NCBI GenBank assembly: GCA_964016885.1
Contig: OZ024741.1
Location: forward strand, 28,892,001 to 28,956,000
Origin: Eledone cirrhosa
Taxonomy: Eukaryota
DNA length: 64,000 bases
Direction: 5' to 3'
A program made the translations under genes and the position numbers. Below, piece after piece: positions 1-15,000 of this stretch (positions are counted from its first letter, which is position 1; the number at the start of each line of letters is the position of its first letter). The notes under the pieces are model-generated. The model saw only the letters and a program-made list of their open reading frames with translations. It ran no database searches and had not been told where the DNA came from.

Positions 1-3000
1 AGTGTCTGGAGAAGATGTATCTCCTCTGTGTCTATTGTGTGATGGTGCAGTTATAACAGTGGCACACATTGTCTCAGAGTGTCTGGAGAAGATGTATCTC
101 CTCTGTGTCTATTGTGTGGTGGTGCAGTTATAACAGTGGCTCACATTGTCTCAGAGTGTCTGGAGAAGATGTATCTCTTCTGTGTCTATGGTGTGGTGGT
201 GCAGTTATAACAGTGGCACACATTGTCTCAGAGTGTCTTGAGAAGATGTATCTCTTCTGTGTCTATTGTGTGGTGGTGCAGTTATAACAGTGGCACACAT
301 TGTCTCAGAGTGTCTGGAGAAGATGTATTTCCTTTGTGTATATTGTGTAGTGGTGCAGTTATAACATTGGCACACATTGTCTCAGAGTGTCTGGAGACGA
401 TGTATCTCTTCTGTGTCTATTGTATTGTGTGGTGGTGCAGTTATAACAGTGGCACACATTGTCTCAGAGTGTCTGGAGAAGATGTATCTCTTCTGTGTCT
501 ATTGTATTGTGTGGTGGTGCAGTTATAACAGTGGCACACATTGTCTCAGAGTTTCTGGAGAAGATGTATCTCTTCTGTGTCTAATGTGTGGTGGTGCAGT
601 TATAACAGTGGCACACATTGTCTCAGAGTGTCTGGAGAAGATGTATCTCTTCTGTGTCTATTGTGTGGTGGTGCAGTTATAACAGTGGCACACATTGTCT
701 CAGAGTGTCTGGAGAAGATGTATCTCTTCTGTGTCTAATGTGTGGTGGTGCAGTTATAACAGTGGCACACATTGTCTCAGTGTGCCTGGAGAAGATGTAT
801 CTCCTCTGTGTCTATTGTGTGGTGGTGCAGTTATAACAGTGGCACACACTGTCTCAGAATGTCTGGAGAAGATGTATCTCCTCTGTGTCTATTGTGTGGT
901 GGTGCAGTTATAACAGTGGCACACATTGTCTCAGAATGTCTGGAGAAGATGTATCTCTTCTGTGTCTAATGTGTGGTGGTGCAGTTATAACAGTGGCACA
1001 CATTGTCTCAGAGTGCCTGGAGAAGATGTATCTCTTCTGTGTCTATTGTGTGGTGGTGCAGTTATAACAGTGGCACACATTGTCTCAGAATGTCTGGAGA
1101 AGATGTATCTCCTCTGTGTCTATTGTGTGGTGGTGCAGTTATAACAGTGACACACATTGTCTCAGAGTGTCTGGAGAAGATGTATCTCCTCTGTGTCTAT
1201 TGTGTGGTGGTGCAGTTATAACAGTGGCACACATTGTCTCAGAGTGTCTGGAGAAGATGTATCTCCCCTGTGTCTATTGTGTGGTGGTGCAGTTATAACA
1301 GTGGCACACATTGTCTCAGAGTGTCTGGAGAAGATGTATCTCCTCTGTGTCTATTGTGTGGTGGTGCAGTTATAACAGTGGCACACATTGTCTCAGAGTG
1401 TCTGGAGAAGATGTATCTCCTCTGTGTCTATTGTGTGGTGGTGCAGTTATAACAGTGGCACACATTGTCTCAGAGTGTCTGGAGAAGATGTATCTCTTCT
1501 GTGTCTATTGTGTGTTGGTGCAGTTATAACAGTGGCACACATTGCCTCAGAGTGTCTGGAGAAGATGTATCTCCTCTGTGTCTATTGTGTAGTGGTGCAG
1601 TTATAACAATGGCATACATTGTCTCAGAGTGTCTGGAGAAGACGTTTCTCCTCTGTGTCTATTGTGTGGTGGTGCAGTTATAACAGTGGCACACATTGTC
1701 TCAGAGTGTCTGGAGAAGATGTATCTCCTCTGTGTCTATTGTGTAGTGGTGCAGTTATAACAATGGCATACATTGTCTCAGAGTGTCTGGAGAAGATGTA
1801 TCTCCTCTGTGTCTATTGTGTGGTGGTGCAGTTATAACAGTGGCATACATTGTCTCAGAGTGTCTGGAGAAGACGTTACTCCTCTGTGTCTATTGTGTGG
1901 TGGTGCAGTTATAACAGTGGCACACATTGTCTCAGAGTGTCTGGAGAAGATGTATCTCCTCTGTGTCTATTGTGTAGTGGTGCAGTTATAACAGTGGCAT
2001 ACATTGTCTCAGAGTGTCTGGAGAAGATGTATCTCCTCTGTGTCTATTGTGTCGTGGTGCAGTTATAACAATGGCATACATTGTCGCAGAGTGTCTGGAG
2101 AAGATGTATCTCCTCTGTGTCTATTGTGTAGTGGTGCAGTTATAACAGTGGCATACATTGCCTCAGAGTGTCTGGAGAAGACGTTTCTCCTCTGTGTCTA
2201 TTGTGTGGTGGTGCAGTTATAACAGTGGCACACATTGTCTCAGAGTGTCTGGAGAAGATGTTTCTCCTCTGTGTCTATTGTGTGGTGGTCCAGTTATAAC
2301 AGTGGCATACATTGTCTCAGAGTGTCTGGAGAAGATGTATCTCCTCTGTGTCTATTGTGTGGTGGTGCAGTTATAACAGTGGCATACATTGTCTCAGAGT
2401 GTCTGGAGAAGATGTATCTCCTCTGTGTCTATTGTGTGGTGGTGCAGTTATAACAGTGGAACACATTGTCTCAGAGTGTCTGGAGAAGATGTATCTCCTC
2501 TGTGTCTATTGTGTGGTGGTGCAGTTATAACAGTGGAACACATTGTCTCAGAGTGTCTGGAGAAGATGTATCTCCTCTGTGTCTATTGTGTGGTGGTGCA
2601 GTTATAACAGTGGAACACATTGCCTCAGAGTGTCTGGAGAAGATGTATCTCCTCTGTGTCTATTGTGTGGTGGTACAGTTATAACAGTGGCACACATTGT
2701 CTCAGAGTGTCTGAAAAAGATGTATCTCCTCTGTGTCTATTGTGTAGTGGTGCAGTTATAACAGTGGCACACATTGTCTCAGAGTGTCTGGAGAAGATGT
2801 ATCTCCTCTGTGTCTATTGTGTGATGGTGCAGTTATAACAGTGGCACACATTGTCTCAGAGTGTCTGGAGAAGATGTATCTCCCCTGTGTCTATTGTGTG
2901 ATGGTGCAGTTATAACAGTGGCACACATTGTCTCAGAGTGTCTGGATAAGATGTATCTCATCTGTGTCTATTGTGTGGTGGTGCAGTTATAACAGTGGTT

Positions 3001-6000
3001 CACATTGTCTCAGAGTGTCTGGAGAAGATGTATCTCTTCTGTGTCTATGGTGTGGTGGTGCAGTTATAACAGTGGCACACATTGTCTCAGAGTGTCTTGA
3101 GAAGATGTATCTCTTCTGTGTCTATTGTGTGGTGGTGCAGTTATAACAGTGGCACACATTGTCTCAGAGTGTCTGGAGAAGATGTATTTCCTTTGTGTAT
3201 ATTGTGTAGTGGTGCAGTTATAACATTGGCACACATTGTCTCAGAGTGTCTGGAGACGATGTATCTCTTCTGTGTCTATTGTATTGTGTGGTGGTGCAGT
3301 TATAACAGTGGCACACATTGTCTCAGAGTGTCTGGAGAAGATGTATCTCTTCTGTGTCTATTGTATTGTGTGGTGGTGCAGTTATAACAGTGGCACACAT
3401 TGTCTCAGAGTGTCTGGAGAAGATGTATCTCCTCTGTGTCTAATGTGTGGTGGTGCAGTTATAACAGTGGCACACATTGTCTCAGAGTGTCTGGAGAAGA
3501 TGTATCTCTTCTGTGTCTATTGTGTGGTGGTGCAGTTATAACAGTGGCACACATTGTCTCAGAGTGTCTGGAGAAGATGTATCTCTTCTGTGTCTAATGT
3601 GTGGTGGTGCAGTTATAACAGTGGCACACATTGTCTCAGAATGTCTGGAGAAGATGTATCTCTTCTGTGTCTAATGTGTGGTGGTGCATTTATAACAGTG
3701 GCACACATTGTCTCAGAGTGTCTGGAGAAGATGTATCTCTTCTGTCTCTAATGTGTGGTGGTGCAGTTATAACAGTGGCACACATTGTCTCAGAGTGCCT
3801 GGAGAAGATGTATCTCCTCTGTGTCTATTGTGTGGTGGTGCAGTTATAACAGTGGCACACATTGTCTCAGAATGTCTGGAGAAGATGTATCTCCTCTGTG
3901 TCTATTGTGTAGTGGTGCAGTTATAACAGTGGCATACATTGTCTCAGAGTGTCTGGAGAAGATGTATCTCCTCTGTGTCTATTGTGTGGTGGTGCAGTTA
4001 TAACAATGGCATACATTGTCTCAGAGTGTCTGGAGAAGATGTATCTCCTCTGTGTCTATTGTGTAGTGGTGCAGTTATAACAGTGGCATACATTGTCTCA
4101 GAGTGTCTGGAGAAGACGTTTCTCCTCTGTGTCTATTGTGTGGTGGTGCAGTTATAACAGTGGCACACATTGTCTCAGAGTGTCTGCAGAAGATGTTTCT
4201 CCTCTGTGTCTATTGTGTGGTGGTGCAGTTATAACAGTGGCATACATTGTCTCAGAGTGTCTGGAGAAGATGTATCTCCTCTGTGTCTATTGTGTGGTGG
4301 TGCACTTATAACAGTGGCATACATTGTCTCAGAGTGTCTGGAGAAGATGTATCTCCTCTGTGTCTATTGTGTGGTGGTGCAGTTATAACAGTGGAACACA
4401 TTGTCTCAGAGTGTCTGGAGAAGATGTATCTCCTCTGTGTCTATTGTGTGGTGGTGCAGTTATAACAGTGGAACACATTGTCTCAGAGTGTCTGGAGAAG
4501 ATGTATCTCCTCTGTGTCTATTGTGTGGTGGTGCAGTTATAACAGTGGAACACATTGCCTCAGAGTGTCTTGAGAAGATGTATCTCTTCTGTGTCTATTG
4601 TGTGGTGGTGCAGTTATAACAGTGGCACACATTGTCTCAGAGTGTCTGGAGAAGATGTATTTCCTTTGTGTATATTGTGTAGTGGTGCAGTTATAACATT
4701 GGCACACATTGTCTCAGAGTGTCTGGAGACGATGTATCTCTTCTGTGTCTATTGTATTGTGTGGTGGTGCAGTTATAACAGTGGCACACATTGTCTCAGA
4801 GTGTCTGGAGAAGATGTATCTCTTCTGTGTCTATTGTATTGTGTGGTGGTGCAGTTATAACAGTGGCACACATTGTCTCAGAGTTTCTGGAGAAGATGTA
4901 TCTCTTCTGTGTCTAATGTGTGGTGGTGCAGTTATAACAGTGGCACACATTGTCTCAGAGTGTCTGGAGAAGATGTATCTCTTCTGTGTCTATTGTGTGG
5001 TGGTGCAGTTATAACAGTGGCACACATTGTCTCAGAGTGTCTGGAGAAGATGTATCTCTTCTGTGTCTAATGTGTGGTGGTGCAGTTATAACAGTGGCAC
5101 ACATTGTCTCAGTGTGCCTGGAGAAGATGTATCTCCTCTGTGTCTATTGTGTGGTGGTGCAGTTATAACAGTGGCACACATTGTCTCAGAATGTCTGGAG
5201 AAGATGTATCTCCTCTGTGTCTATTGTGTGGTGGTGCAGTTATAACAGTGGCACACATTGTCTCAGAATGTCTGGAGAAGATGTATCTCTTCTGTGTCTA
5301 ATGTGTGGTGGTGCAGTTATAACAGTGGCACACATTGTCTCAGAGTGCCTGGAGAAGATGTATCTCTTCTGTGTCTATTGTGTGGTGGTGCAGTTATAAC
5401 AGTGGCACACATTGTCTCAGAATGTCTGGAGAAGATGTATCTCCTCTGTGTCTATTGTGTGGTGGTGCAGTTATAACAGTGACACACATTGTCTCAGAGT
5501 GTCTGGAGAAGATGTATCTCCTCTGTGTCTATTGTGTGGTGGTGCAGTTATAACAGTGGCACACATTGTCTCAGAGTGTCTGGAGAAGATGTATCTCCCC
5601 TGTGTCTATTGTGTGGTGGTGCAGTTATAACAGTGGCACACATTGTCTCAGAGTGTCTGGAGAAGATGTATCTCCTCTGTGTCTATTGTGTGGTGGTGCA
5701 GTTATAACAGTGGCACACATTGTCTCAGAGTGTCTGGAGAAGATGTATCTCCTCTGTGTCTATTGTGTGGTGGTGCAGTTATAACAGTGGCACACATTGT
5801 CTCAGAGTGTCTGGAGAAGATGTATCTCTTCTGTGTCTATTGTGTGTTGGTGCAGTTATAACAGTGGCACACATTGCCTCAGAGTGTCTGGAGAAGATGT
5901 ATCTCCTCTGTGTCTATTGTGTAGTGGTGCAGTTATAACAATGGCATACATTGTCTCAGAGTGTCTGGAGAAGACGTTTCTCCTCTGTGTCTATTGTGTG

Positions 6001-9000
6001 GTGGTGCAGTTATAACAGTGGCACACATTGTCTCAGAGTGTCTGGAGAAGATGTATCTCCTCTGTGTCTATTGTGTAGTGGTGCAGTTATAACAATGGCA
6101 TACATTGTCTCAGAGTGTCTGGAGAAGATGTATCTCCTCTGTGTCTATTGTGTGGTGGTGCAGTTATAACAGTGGCATACATTGTCTCAGAGTGTCTGGA
6201 GAAGACGTTACTCCTCTGTGTCTATTGTGTGGTGGTGCAGTTATAACAGTGGCACACATTGTCTCAGAGTGTCTGGAGAAGATGTATCTCCTCTGTGTCT
6301 ATTGTGTAGTGGTGCAGTTATAACAGTGGCATACATTGTCTCAGAGTGTCTGGAGAAGATGTATCTCCTCTGTGTCTATTGTGTCGTGGTGCAGTTATAA
6401 CAATGGCATACATTGTCGCAGAGTGTCTGGAGAAGATGTATCTCCTCTGTGTCTATTGTGTAGTGGTGCAGTTATAACAGTGGCATACATTGCCTCAGAG
6501 TGTCTGGAGAAGACGTTTCTCCTCTGTGTCTATTGTGTGGTGGTGCAGTTATAACAGTGGCACACATTGTCTCAGAGTGTCTGGAGAAGATGTTTCTCCT
6601 CTGTGTCTATTGTGTGGTGGTCCAGTTATAACAGTGGCATACATTGTCTCAGAGTGTCTGGAGAAGATGTATCTCCTCTGTGTCTATTGTGTGGTGGTGC
6701 AGTTATAACAGTGGCATACATTGTCTCAGAGTGTCTGGAGAAGATGTATCTCCTCTGTGTCTATTGTGTGGTGGTGCAGTTATAACAGTGGAACACATTG
6801 TCTCAGAGTGTCTGGAGAAGATGTATCTCCTCTGTGTCTATTGTGTGGTGGTGCAGTTATAACAGTGGAACACATTGTCTCAGAGTGTCTGGAGAAGATG
6901 TATCTCCTCTGTGTCTATTGTGTGGTGGTGCAGTTATAACAGTGGAACACATTGCCTCAGAGTGTCTGGAGAAGATGTATCTCCTCTGTGTCTATTGTGT
7001 GGTGGTACAGTTATAACAGTGGCACACATTGTCTCAGAGTGTCTGAAAAAGATGTATCTCCTCTGTGTCTATTGTGTAGTGGTGCAGTTATAACAGTGGC
7101 ACACATTGTCTCAGAGTGTCTGGAGAAGATGTATCTCCTCTGTGTCTATTGTGTGATGGTGCAGTTATAACAGTGGCACACATTGTCTCAGAGTGTCTGG
7201 AGAAGATGTATCTCCCCTGTGTCTATTGTGTGATGGTGCAGTTATAACAGTGGCACACATTGTCTCAGAGTGTCTGGATAAGATGTATCTCATCTGTGTC
7301 TATTGTGTGGTGGTGCAGTTATAACAGTGGTTCACATTGTCTCAGAGTGTCTGGAGAAGATGTATCTCTTCTGTGTCTATGGTGTGGTGGTGCAGTTATA
7401 ACAGTGGCACACATTGTCTCAGAGTGTCTTGAGAAGATGTATCTCTTCTGTGTCTATTGTGTGGTGGTGCAGTTATAACAGTGGCACACATTGTCTCAGA
7501 GTGTCTGGAGAAGATGTATTTCCTTTGTGTATATTGTGTAGTGGTGCAGTTATAACATTGGCACACATTGTCTCAGAGTGTCTGGAGACGATGTATCTCT
7601 TCTGTGTCTATTGTATTGTGTGGTGGTGCAGTTATAACAGTGGCACACATTGTCTCAGAGTGTCTGGAGAAGATGTATCTCTTCTGTGTCTATTGTATTG
7701 TGTGGTGGTGCAGTTATAACAGTGGCACACATTGTCTCAGAGTGTCTGGAGAAGATGTATCTCCTCTGTGTTTAATGTGTGGTGGTGCAGTTATAACAGT
7801 GGCACACATTGTCTCAGAGTGTCTGGAGAAGATGTATCTCTTCTGTGTCTATTGTGTGGTGGTGCAGTTATAACAGTGGCACACATTGTCTCAGAGTGTC
7901 TGGAGAAGATGTATCTCTTCTGTGTCTAATGTGTGGTGGTGCAGTTATAACAGTGGCACACATTGTCTCAGAATGTCTGGAGAAGATGTATCTCTTCTGT
8001 GTCTAATGTGTGGTGGTGCATTTATAACAGTGGCACACATTGTCTCAGAGTGTCTGGAGAAGATGTATCTCTTCTGTCTCTAATGTGTGGTGGTGCAGTT
8101 ATAACAGTGGCACACATTGTCTCAGAGTGCCTGGAGAAGATGTATCTCCTCTGTGTCTATTGTGTGGTGGTGCAGTTATAACAGTGGCACACATTGTCTC
8201 AGAATGTCTGGAGAAGATGTATCTCCTCTGTGTCTATTGTGTAGTGGTGCAGTTATAACAGTGGCATACATTGTCTCAGAGTGTCTGGAGAAGATGTATC
8301 TCCTCTGTGTCTATTGTGTGGTGGTGCAGTTATAACAATGGCATACATTGTCTCAGAGTGTCTGGAGAAGATGTATCTCCTCTGTGTCTATTGTGTAGTG
8401 GTGCAGTTATAACAGTGGCATACATTGTCTCAGAGTGTCTGGAGAAGACGTTTCTCCTCTGTGTCTATTGTGTGGTGGTGCAGTTATAACAGTGGCACAC
8501 ATTGTCTCAGAGTGTCTGCAGAAGATGTTTCTCCTCTGTGTCTATTGTGTGGTGGTGCAGTTATAACAGTGGCATACATTGTCTCAGAGTGTCTGGAGAA
8601 GATGTATCTCCTCTGTGTCTATTGTGTGGTGGTGCACTTATAACAGTGGCATACATTGTCTCAGAGTGTCTGGAGAAGATGTATCTCCTCTGTGTCTATT
8701 GTGTGGTGGTGCAGTTATAACAGTGGAACACATTGTCTCAGAGTGTCTGGAGAAGATGTATCTCCTCTGTGTCTATTGTGTGGTGGTGCAGTTATAACAG
8801 TGGAACACATTGTCTCAGAGTGTCTGGAGAAGATGTATCTCCTCTGTGTCTATTGTGTGGTGGTGCAGTTATAACAGTGGAACACATTGCCTCAGAGTGT
8901 CTGGAGAAGATGTATCTCCTCTGTGTCTATTGTGTGGTGGTGCAGTTATAACAGTGGCACACATTGTCTCAGAGTGTCTGAAAAAGATGTATCTCCTCTG

Positions 9001-12000
9001 TGTCTATTGTGTAGTGGTGCAGTTATAACAGTGGCACACATTGTCTCAGAGTGTCTGGAGAAGATGTATCTCCTCTGTGTCTATTGTGTGATGGTGCAGT
9101 TATATCAGTGGCACACATTGTCTCAGAGTGTCTGGAGAAGATGTATCTCCCCTGTGTCTATTGTGTGATGGTGCAGTTATAACAGTGGCACACATTGTCT
9201 CAGAGTGTCTGGATAAGATGTATCTCCTCTGTGTCTATTGTGTGGTGGTGCAGTTATAACAGTGGCTCACATTGTCTCAGAGTGTCTGGAGAAGATGTAT
9301 CTCTTCTGTGTCTATGGTGTGGTGGTGCAGTTATAACAGTGGCACACATTGTCTCAGAGTGTCTTGAGAAGATGTATCTCTTCTGTGTCTATTGTGTGGT
9401 GGTGCAGTTATAACAGTGGCACACATTGTCTCAGAGTGTCTGGAGAAGATGTATTTCCTTTGTGTATATTGTGTAGTGGTGCAGTTATAACATTGGCACA
9501 CATTGTCTCAGAGTGTCTGGAGACGATGTATCTCTTCTGTGTCTATTGTATTGTGTGGTGGTGCAGTTATAACAGTGGCACACATTGTCTCAGAGTGTCT
9601 GGAGAAGATGTATCTCTTCTGTGTCTATTGTATTGTGTGGTGGTGCAGTTATAACAGTGGCACACATTGTCTCAGAGTGTCTGGAGAAGATGTATCTCTT
9701 CTGTGTCTAATGTGTGGTGGTGCAGTTATAACAGTGGCACACATTGTCTCAGAGTGTCTGGAGAAGATGTATCTCTTCTGTGTCTATTGTGTGGTGGTGC
9801 AGTTATAACAGTGGCACACATTGTCTCAGTGTGCCTGGAGAAGATGTATCTCCTCTGTGTCTATTGTGTGGTGGTGCAGTTATAACAGTGGCACACATTG
9901 TCTCAGAATGTCTGGAGAAGATGTATCTCCTCTGTGTCTATTGTGTGGTGGTGCAGTTATAACAGTGGCACACATTGTCTCAGAATGTCTGGAGAAGATG
10001 TATCTCTTCTGTGTCTAATGTGTGGTGGTGCAGTTATAACAGTGGCACACATTGTCTCAGAGTGCCTGGAGAAGATGTATCTCTTCTGTCTCTAATGTGT
10101 GGTGGTGCAGTTATAACAGTGGCACACATTGTCTCAGAGTGCCTGGAGAAGATGTATCTCCTCTGTGTCTATTGTGTGGTGGTGCAGTTATAACAGTGGC
10201 ACACATTGTCTCAGAATGTCTGGAGAAGATGTATCTCTTCTGTGTCTATTGTGTGGTGGTGCACTTATAACAGTGGCATACATTGTCTCAGAGTGTCTGG
10301 AGAAGATGTATCTCCTCTGTGTCTATTGTGTGGTGGTGCAGTTATAACAGTGGAACACATTGTCTCAGAGTGTCTGGAGAAGATGTATCTCCTCTGTGTC
10401 TATTGTGTGGTGGTGCAGTTATAACAGTGGAACACATTGTCTCAGAGTGTCTGGAGAAGATGTATCTCCTCTGTGTCTATTGTGTGGTGGTGCAGTTATA
10501 ACAGTGGAACACATTGCCTCAGAGTGTCTGGAGAAGATGTATCTCCTCTGTGTCTATTGTGTGGTGGTGCAGTTATAACAGTGGCACACATTGTCTCAGA
10601 GTGTCTGAAAAAGATGTATCTCCTCTGTGTCTATTGTGTAGTGGTGCAGTTATAACAGTGGCACACATTGTCTCAGAGTGTCTGGAGAAGATGTATCTCC
10701 TCTGTGTCTATTGTGTGTGATGGTGCAGTTATAACAGTGGCACACATTGTCTCAGAGTGTCTGGAGAAGATGTATCTCCCCTGTGTCTATTGTGTGATGG
10801 TGCAGTTATAACAGTGGCACACATTGTCTCAGAGTGTCTGGATAAGATGTATCTCCTCTGTGTCTATTGTGTGGTGGTGCAGTTATAACAGTGGCTCACA
10901 TTGTCTCAGAGTGTCTGGAGAAGATGTATCTCCTCTGTGTCTAATGTGTGGTGGTGCAGTTATAACAGTGGCACACATTGTCTCAGAGTGTCTGGAGAAG
11001 ATGTATCTCTTCTGTGTCTATTGTGTGGTGGTGCAGTTATAACAGTGGCACACATTGTCTCAGAGTGTCTGGAGAAGATGTATCTCCTCTGTGTCTAATG
11101 TGTGGTGGTGCAGTTATAACAGTGGCACACATTGTCTCAGAGTGTCTGGAGAAGATGTATCTCTTCTGTGTCTATTGTGTGGTGGTGCAGTTATAACAGT
11201 GGCACACATTGTCTCAGAGTGTCTGGAGAAGATGTATCTCTTCTGTGTCTAATGTGTGGTGGTGCAGTTATAACAGTGGCACACATTGTCTCAGAATGTC
11301 TGGAGAAGATGTATCTCTTCTGTGTCTAATGTGTGGTGGTGCATTTATAACAGTGGCACACATTGTCTCAGAGTGTCTGGAGAAGATGTATCTCTTCTGT
11401 CTCTAATGTGTGGTGGTGCAGTTATAACAGTGGCACACATTGTCTCAGAGTGCCTGGAGAAGATGTATCTCCTCTGTGTCTATTGTGTGGTGGTGCAGTT
11501 ATAACAGTGGCACACATTGTCTCAGAATGTCTGGAGAAGATGTATCTCCTCTGTGTCTATTGTGTAGTGGTGCAGTTATAACAGTGGCATACATTGTCTC
11601 AGAGTGTCTGGAGAAGATGTATCTCCTCTGTGTCTATTGTGTGGTGGTGCAGTTATAACAATGGCATACATTGTCTCAGAGTGTCTGGAGAAGATGTATC
11701 TCCTCTGTGTCTATTGTGTAGTGGTGCAGTTATAACAGTGGCATACATTGTCTCAGAGTGTCTGGAGAAGACGTTTCTCCTCTGTGTCTATTGTGTGGTG
11801 GTGCAGTTATAACAGTGGCACACATTGTCTCAGAGTGTCTGCAGAAGATGTTTCTCCTCTGTGTCTATTGTGTGGTGGTGCAGTTATAACAGTGGCATAC
11901 ATTGTCTCAGAGTGTCTGGAGAAGATGTATCTCCTCTGTGTCTATTGTGTGGTGGTGCACTTATAACAGTGGCATACATTGTCTCAGAGTGTCTGGAGAA

Positions 12001-15000
12001 GATGTATCTCCTCTGTGTCTATTGTGTGGTGGTGCAGTTATAACAGTGGAACACATTGTCTCAGAGTGTCTGGAGAAGATGTATCTCCTCTGTGTCTATT
12101 GTGTGGTGGTGCAGTTATAACAGTGGAACACATTGTCTCAGAGTGTCTGGAGAAGATGTATCTCCTCTGTGTCTATTGTGTGGTGGTGCAGTTATAACAG
12201 TGGAACACATTGCCTCAGAGTGTCTGGAGAAGATGTATCTCCTCTGTGTCTATTGTGTGGTGGTGCAGTTATAACAGTGGCACACATTGTCTCAGAGTGT
12301 CTGAAAAAGATGTATCTCCTCTGTGTCTATTGTGTAGTGGTGCAGTTATAACAGTGGCACACATTGTCTCAGAGTGTCTGGAGAAGATGTATCTCCTCTG
12401 TGTCTATTGTGTGATGGTGCAGTTATATCAGTGGCACACATTGTCTCAGAGTGTCTGGAGAAGATGTATCTCCCCTGTGTCTATTGTGTGATGGTGCAGT
12501 TATAACAGTGGCACACATTGTCTCAGAGTGTCTGGATAAGATGTATCTCCTCTGTGTCTATTGTGTGGTGGTGCAGTTATAACAGTGGCTCACATTGTCT
12601 CAGAGTGTCTGGAGAAGATGTATCTCTTCTGTGTCTATGGTGTGGTGGTGCAGTTATAACAGTGGCACACATTGTCTCAGAGTGTCTTGAGAAGATGTAT
12701 CTCTTCTGTGTCTATTGTGTGGTGGTGCAGTTATAACAGTGGCACACATTGTCTCAGAGTGTCTTGAGAAGATGTATTTCCTTTGTGTATATTGTGTAGT
12801 GGTGCAGTTATAACATTGGCACACATTGTCTCAGAGTGTCTGGAGACGATGTATCTCTTCTGTGTCTATTGTATTGTGTGGTGGTGCAGTTATAACAGTG
12901 GCACACATTGTCTCAGAGTGTCTGGAGAAGATGTATCTCTTCTGTGTCTATTGTATTGTGTGGTGGTGCAGTTATAACAGTGGCACACATTGTCTCAGAG
13001 TGTCTGGAGAAGATGTATCTCTTCTGTGTCTAATGTGTGGTGGTGCAGTTATAACAGTGGCACACATTGTCTCAGAGTGTCTGGAGAAGATGTATCTCTT
13101 CTGTGTCTATTGTGTGGTGGTGCAGTTATAACAGTGGCACACATTGTCTCAGTGTGCCTGGAGAAGATGTATCTCCTCTGTGTCTATTGTGTGGTGGTGC
13201 AGTTATAACAGTGGCACACATTGTCTCAGAATGTCTGGAGAAGATGTATCTCCTCTGTGTCTATTGTGTGGTGGTGCAGTTATAACAGTGGCACACATTG
13301 TCTCAGAATGTCTGGAGAAGATGTATCTCTTCTGTGTCTAATGTGTGGTGGTGCAGTTATAACAGTGGCACACATTGTCTCAGAGTGCCTGGAGAAGATG
13401 TATCTCTTCTGTCTCTAATGTGTGGTGGTGCAGTTATAACAGTGGCACACATTGTCTCAGAGTGCCTGGAGAAGATGTATCTCCTCTGTGTCTATTGTGT
13501 GGTGGTGCAGTTATAACTGTGGCACACATTGTCTCAGAATGTCTGGAGAAGATGTATCTCTTCTGTGTCTATTGTGTGGTGGTGCACTTATAACAGTGGC
13601 ATACATTGTCTCAGAGTGTCTGGAGAAGATGTATCTCCTCTGTGTCTATTGTGTGGTGGTGCAGTTATAACAGTGGAACACATTGTCTCAGAGTGTCTGG
13701 AGAAGATGTATCTCCTCTGTGTCTATTGTGTGGTGGTGCAGTTATAACAGTGGAACACATTGTCTCAGAGTGTCTGGAGAAGATGTATCTCCTCTGTGTC
13801 TATTGTGTGGTGGTGCAGTTATAACAGTGGAACACATTGCCTCAGAGTGTCTGGAGAAGATGTATCTCCTCTGTGTCTATTGTGTGGTGGTGCAGTTATA
13901 ACAGTGGCACACATTGTCTCAGAGTGTCTGAAAAAGATGTATCTCCTCTGTGTCTATTGTGTAGTGGTGCAGTTATAACAGTGGCACACATTGTCTCAGA
14001 GTGTCTGGAGAAGATGTATCTCCTCTGTGTCTATTGTGTGATGGTGCAGTTATAACAGTGGCACACATTGTCTCAGAGTGTCTGGAGAAGATGTATCTCC
14101 CCTGTGTCTATTGTGTGATGGTGCAGTTATAACAGTGGCACACATTGTCTCAGAGTGTCTGGATAAGATGTATCTCCTCTGTGTCTATTGTGTGGTGGTG
14201 CAGTTATAACAGTGGCTCACATTGTCTCAGAGTGTCTGGAGAAGATGTATCCCTTCTGTGTCTATGGTGTGGTGGTGCAGTTATAACAGTGGCACACATT
14301 GTCTCAGAGTGTCTTGAGAAGATGTATCTCTTCTGTGTCTATTGTGTGGTGGTGCAGTTATAACAGTGGCACACATTGTCTCAGAGTGTCTGGAGAAGAT
14401 GTATTTCCTTTGTGTATATTGTGTAGTGGTGCAGTTATAACATTGGCACACATTGTCTCAGAGTGTCTGGAGACGATGTATCTCTTCTGTGTCTATTGTA
14501 TTGTGTGGTGGTGCAGTTATAACAGTGGCACACATTGTCTCAGAGTGTCTGGAGAAGATGTATCTCTTCTGTGTCTATTGTATTGTGTGGTGGTGCAGTT
14601 ATAACAGTGGCACACATTGTCTCAGAGTGTCTGGAGAAGATGTATCTCTTCTGTGTCTAATGTGTGGTGGTGCAGTTATAACAGTGGCACACATTGTCTC
14701 AGAGTGTCTGGAGAAGATGTATCTCTTCTGTGTCTATTGTGTGGTGGTGCAGTTATAACAGTGGCACACATTGTCTCAGTGTGCCTGGAGAAGATGTATC
14801 TCCTCTGTGTCTATTGTGTGGTGGTGCAGTTATAACAGTGGCACACATTGTCTCAGAATGTCTGGAGAAGATGTATCTCCTCTGTGTCTATTGTGTGGTG
14901 GTGCAGTTATAACAGTGGCACACATTGTCTCAGAATGTCTGGAGAAGATGTATCTCTTCTGTGTCTAATGTGTGGTGGTGCAGTTATAACAGTGGCACAC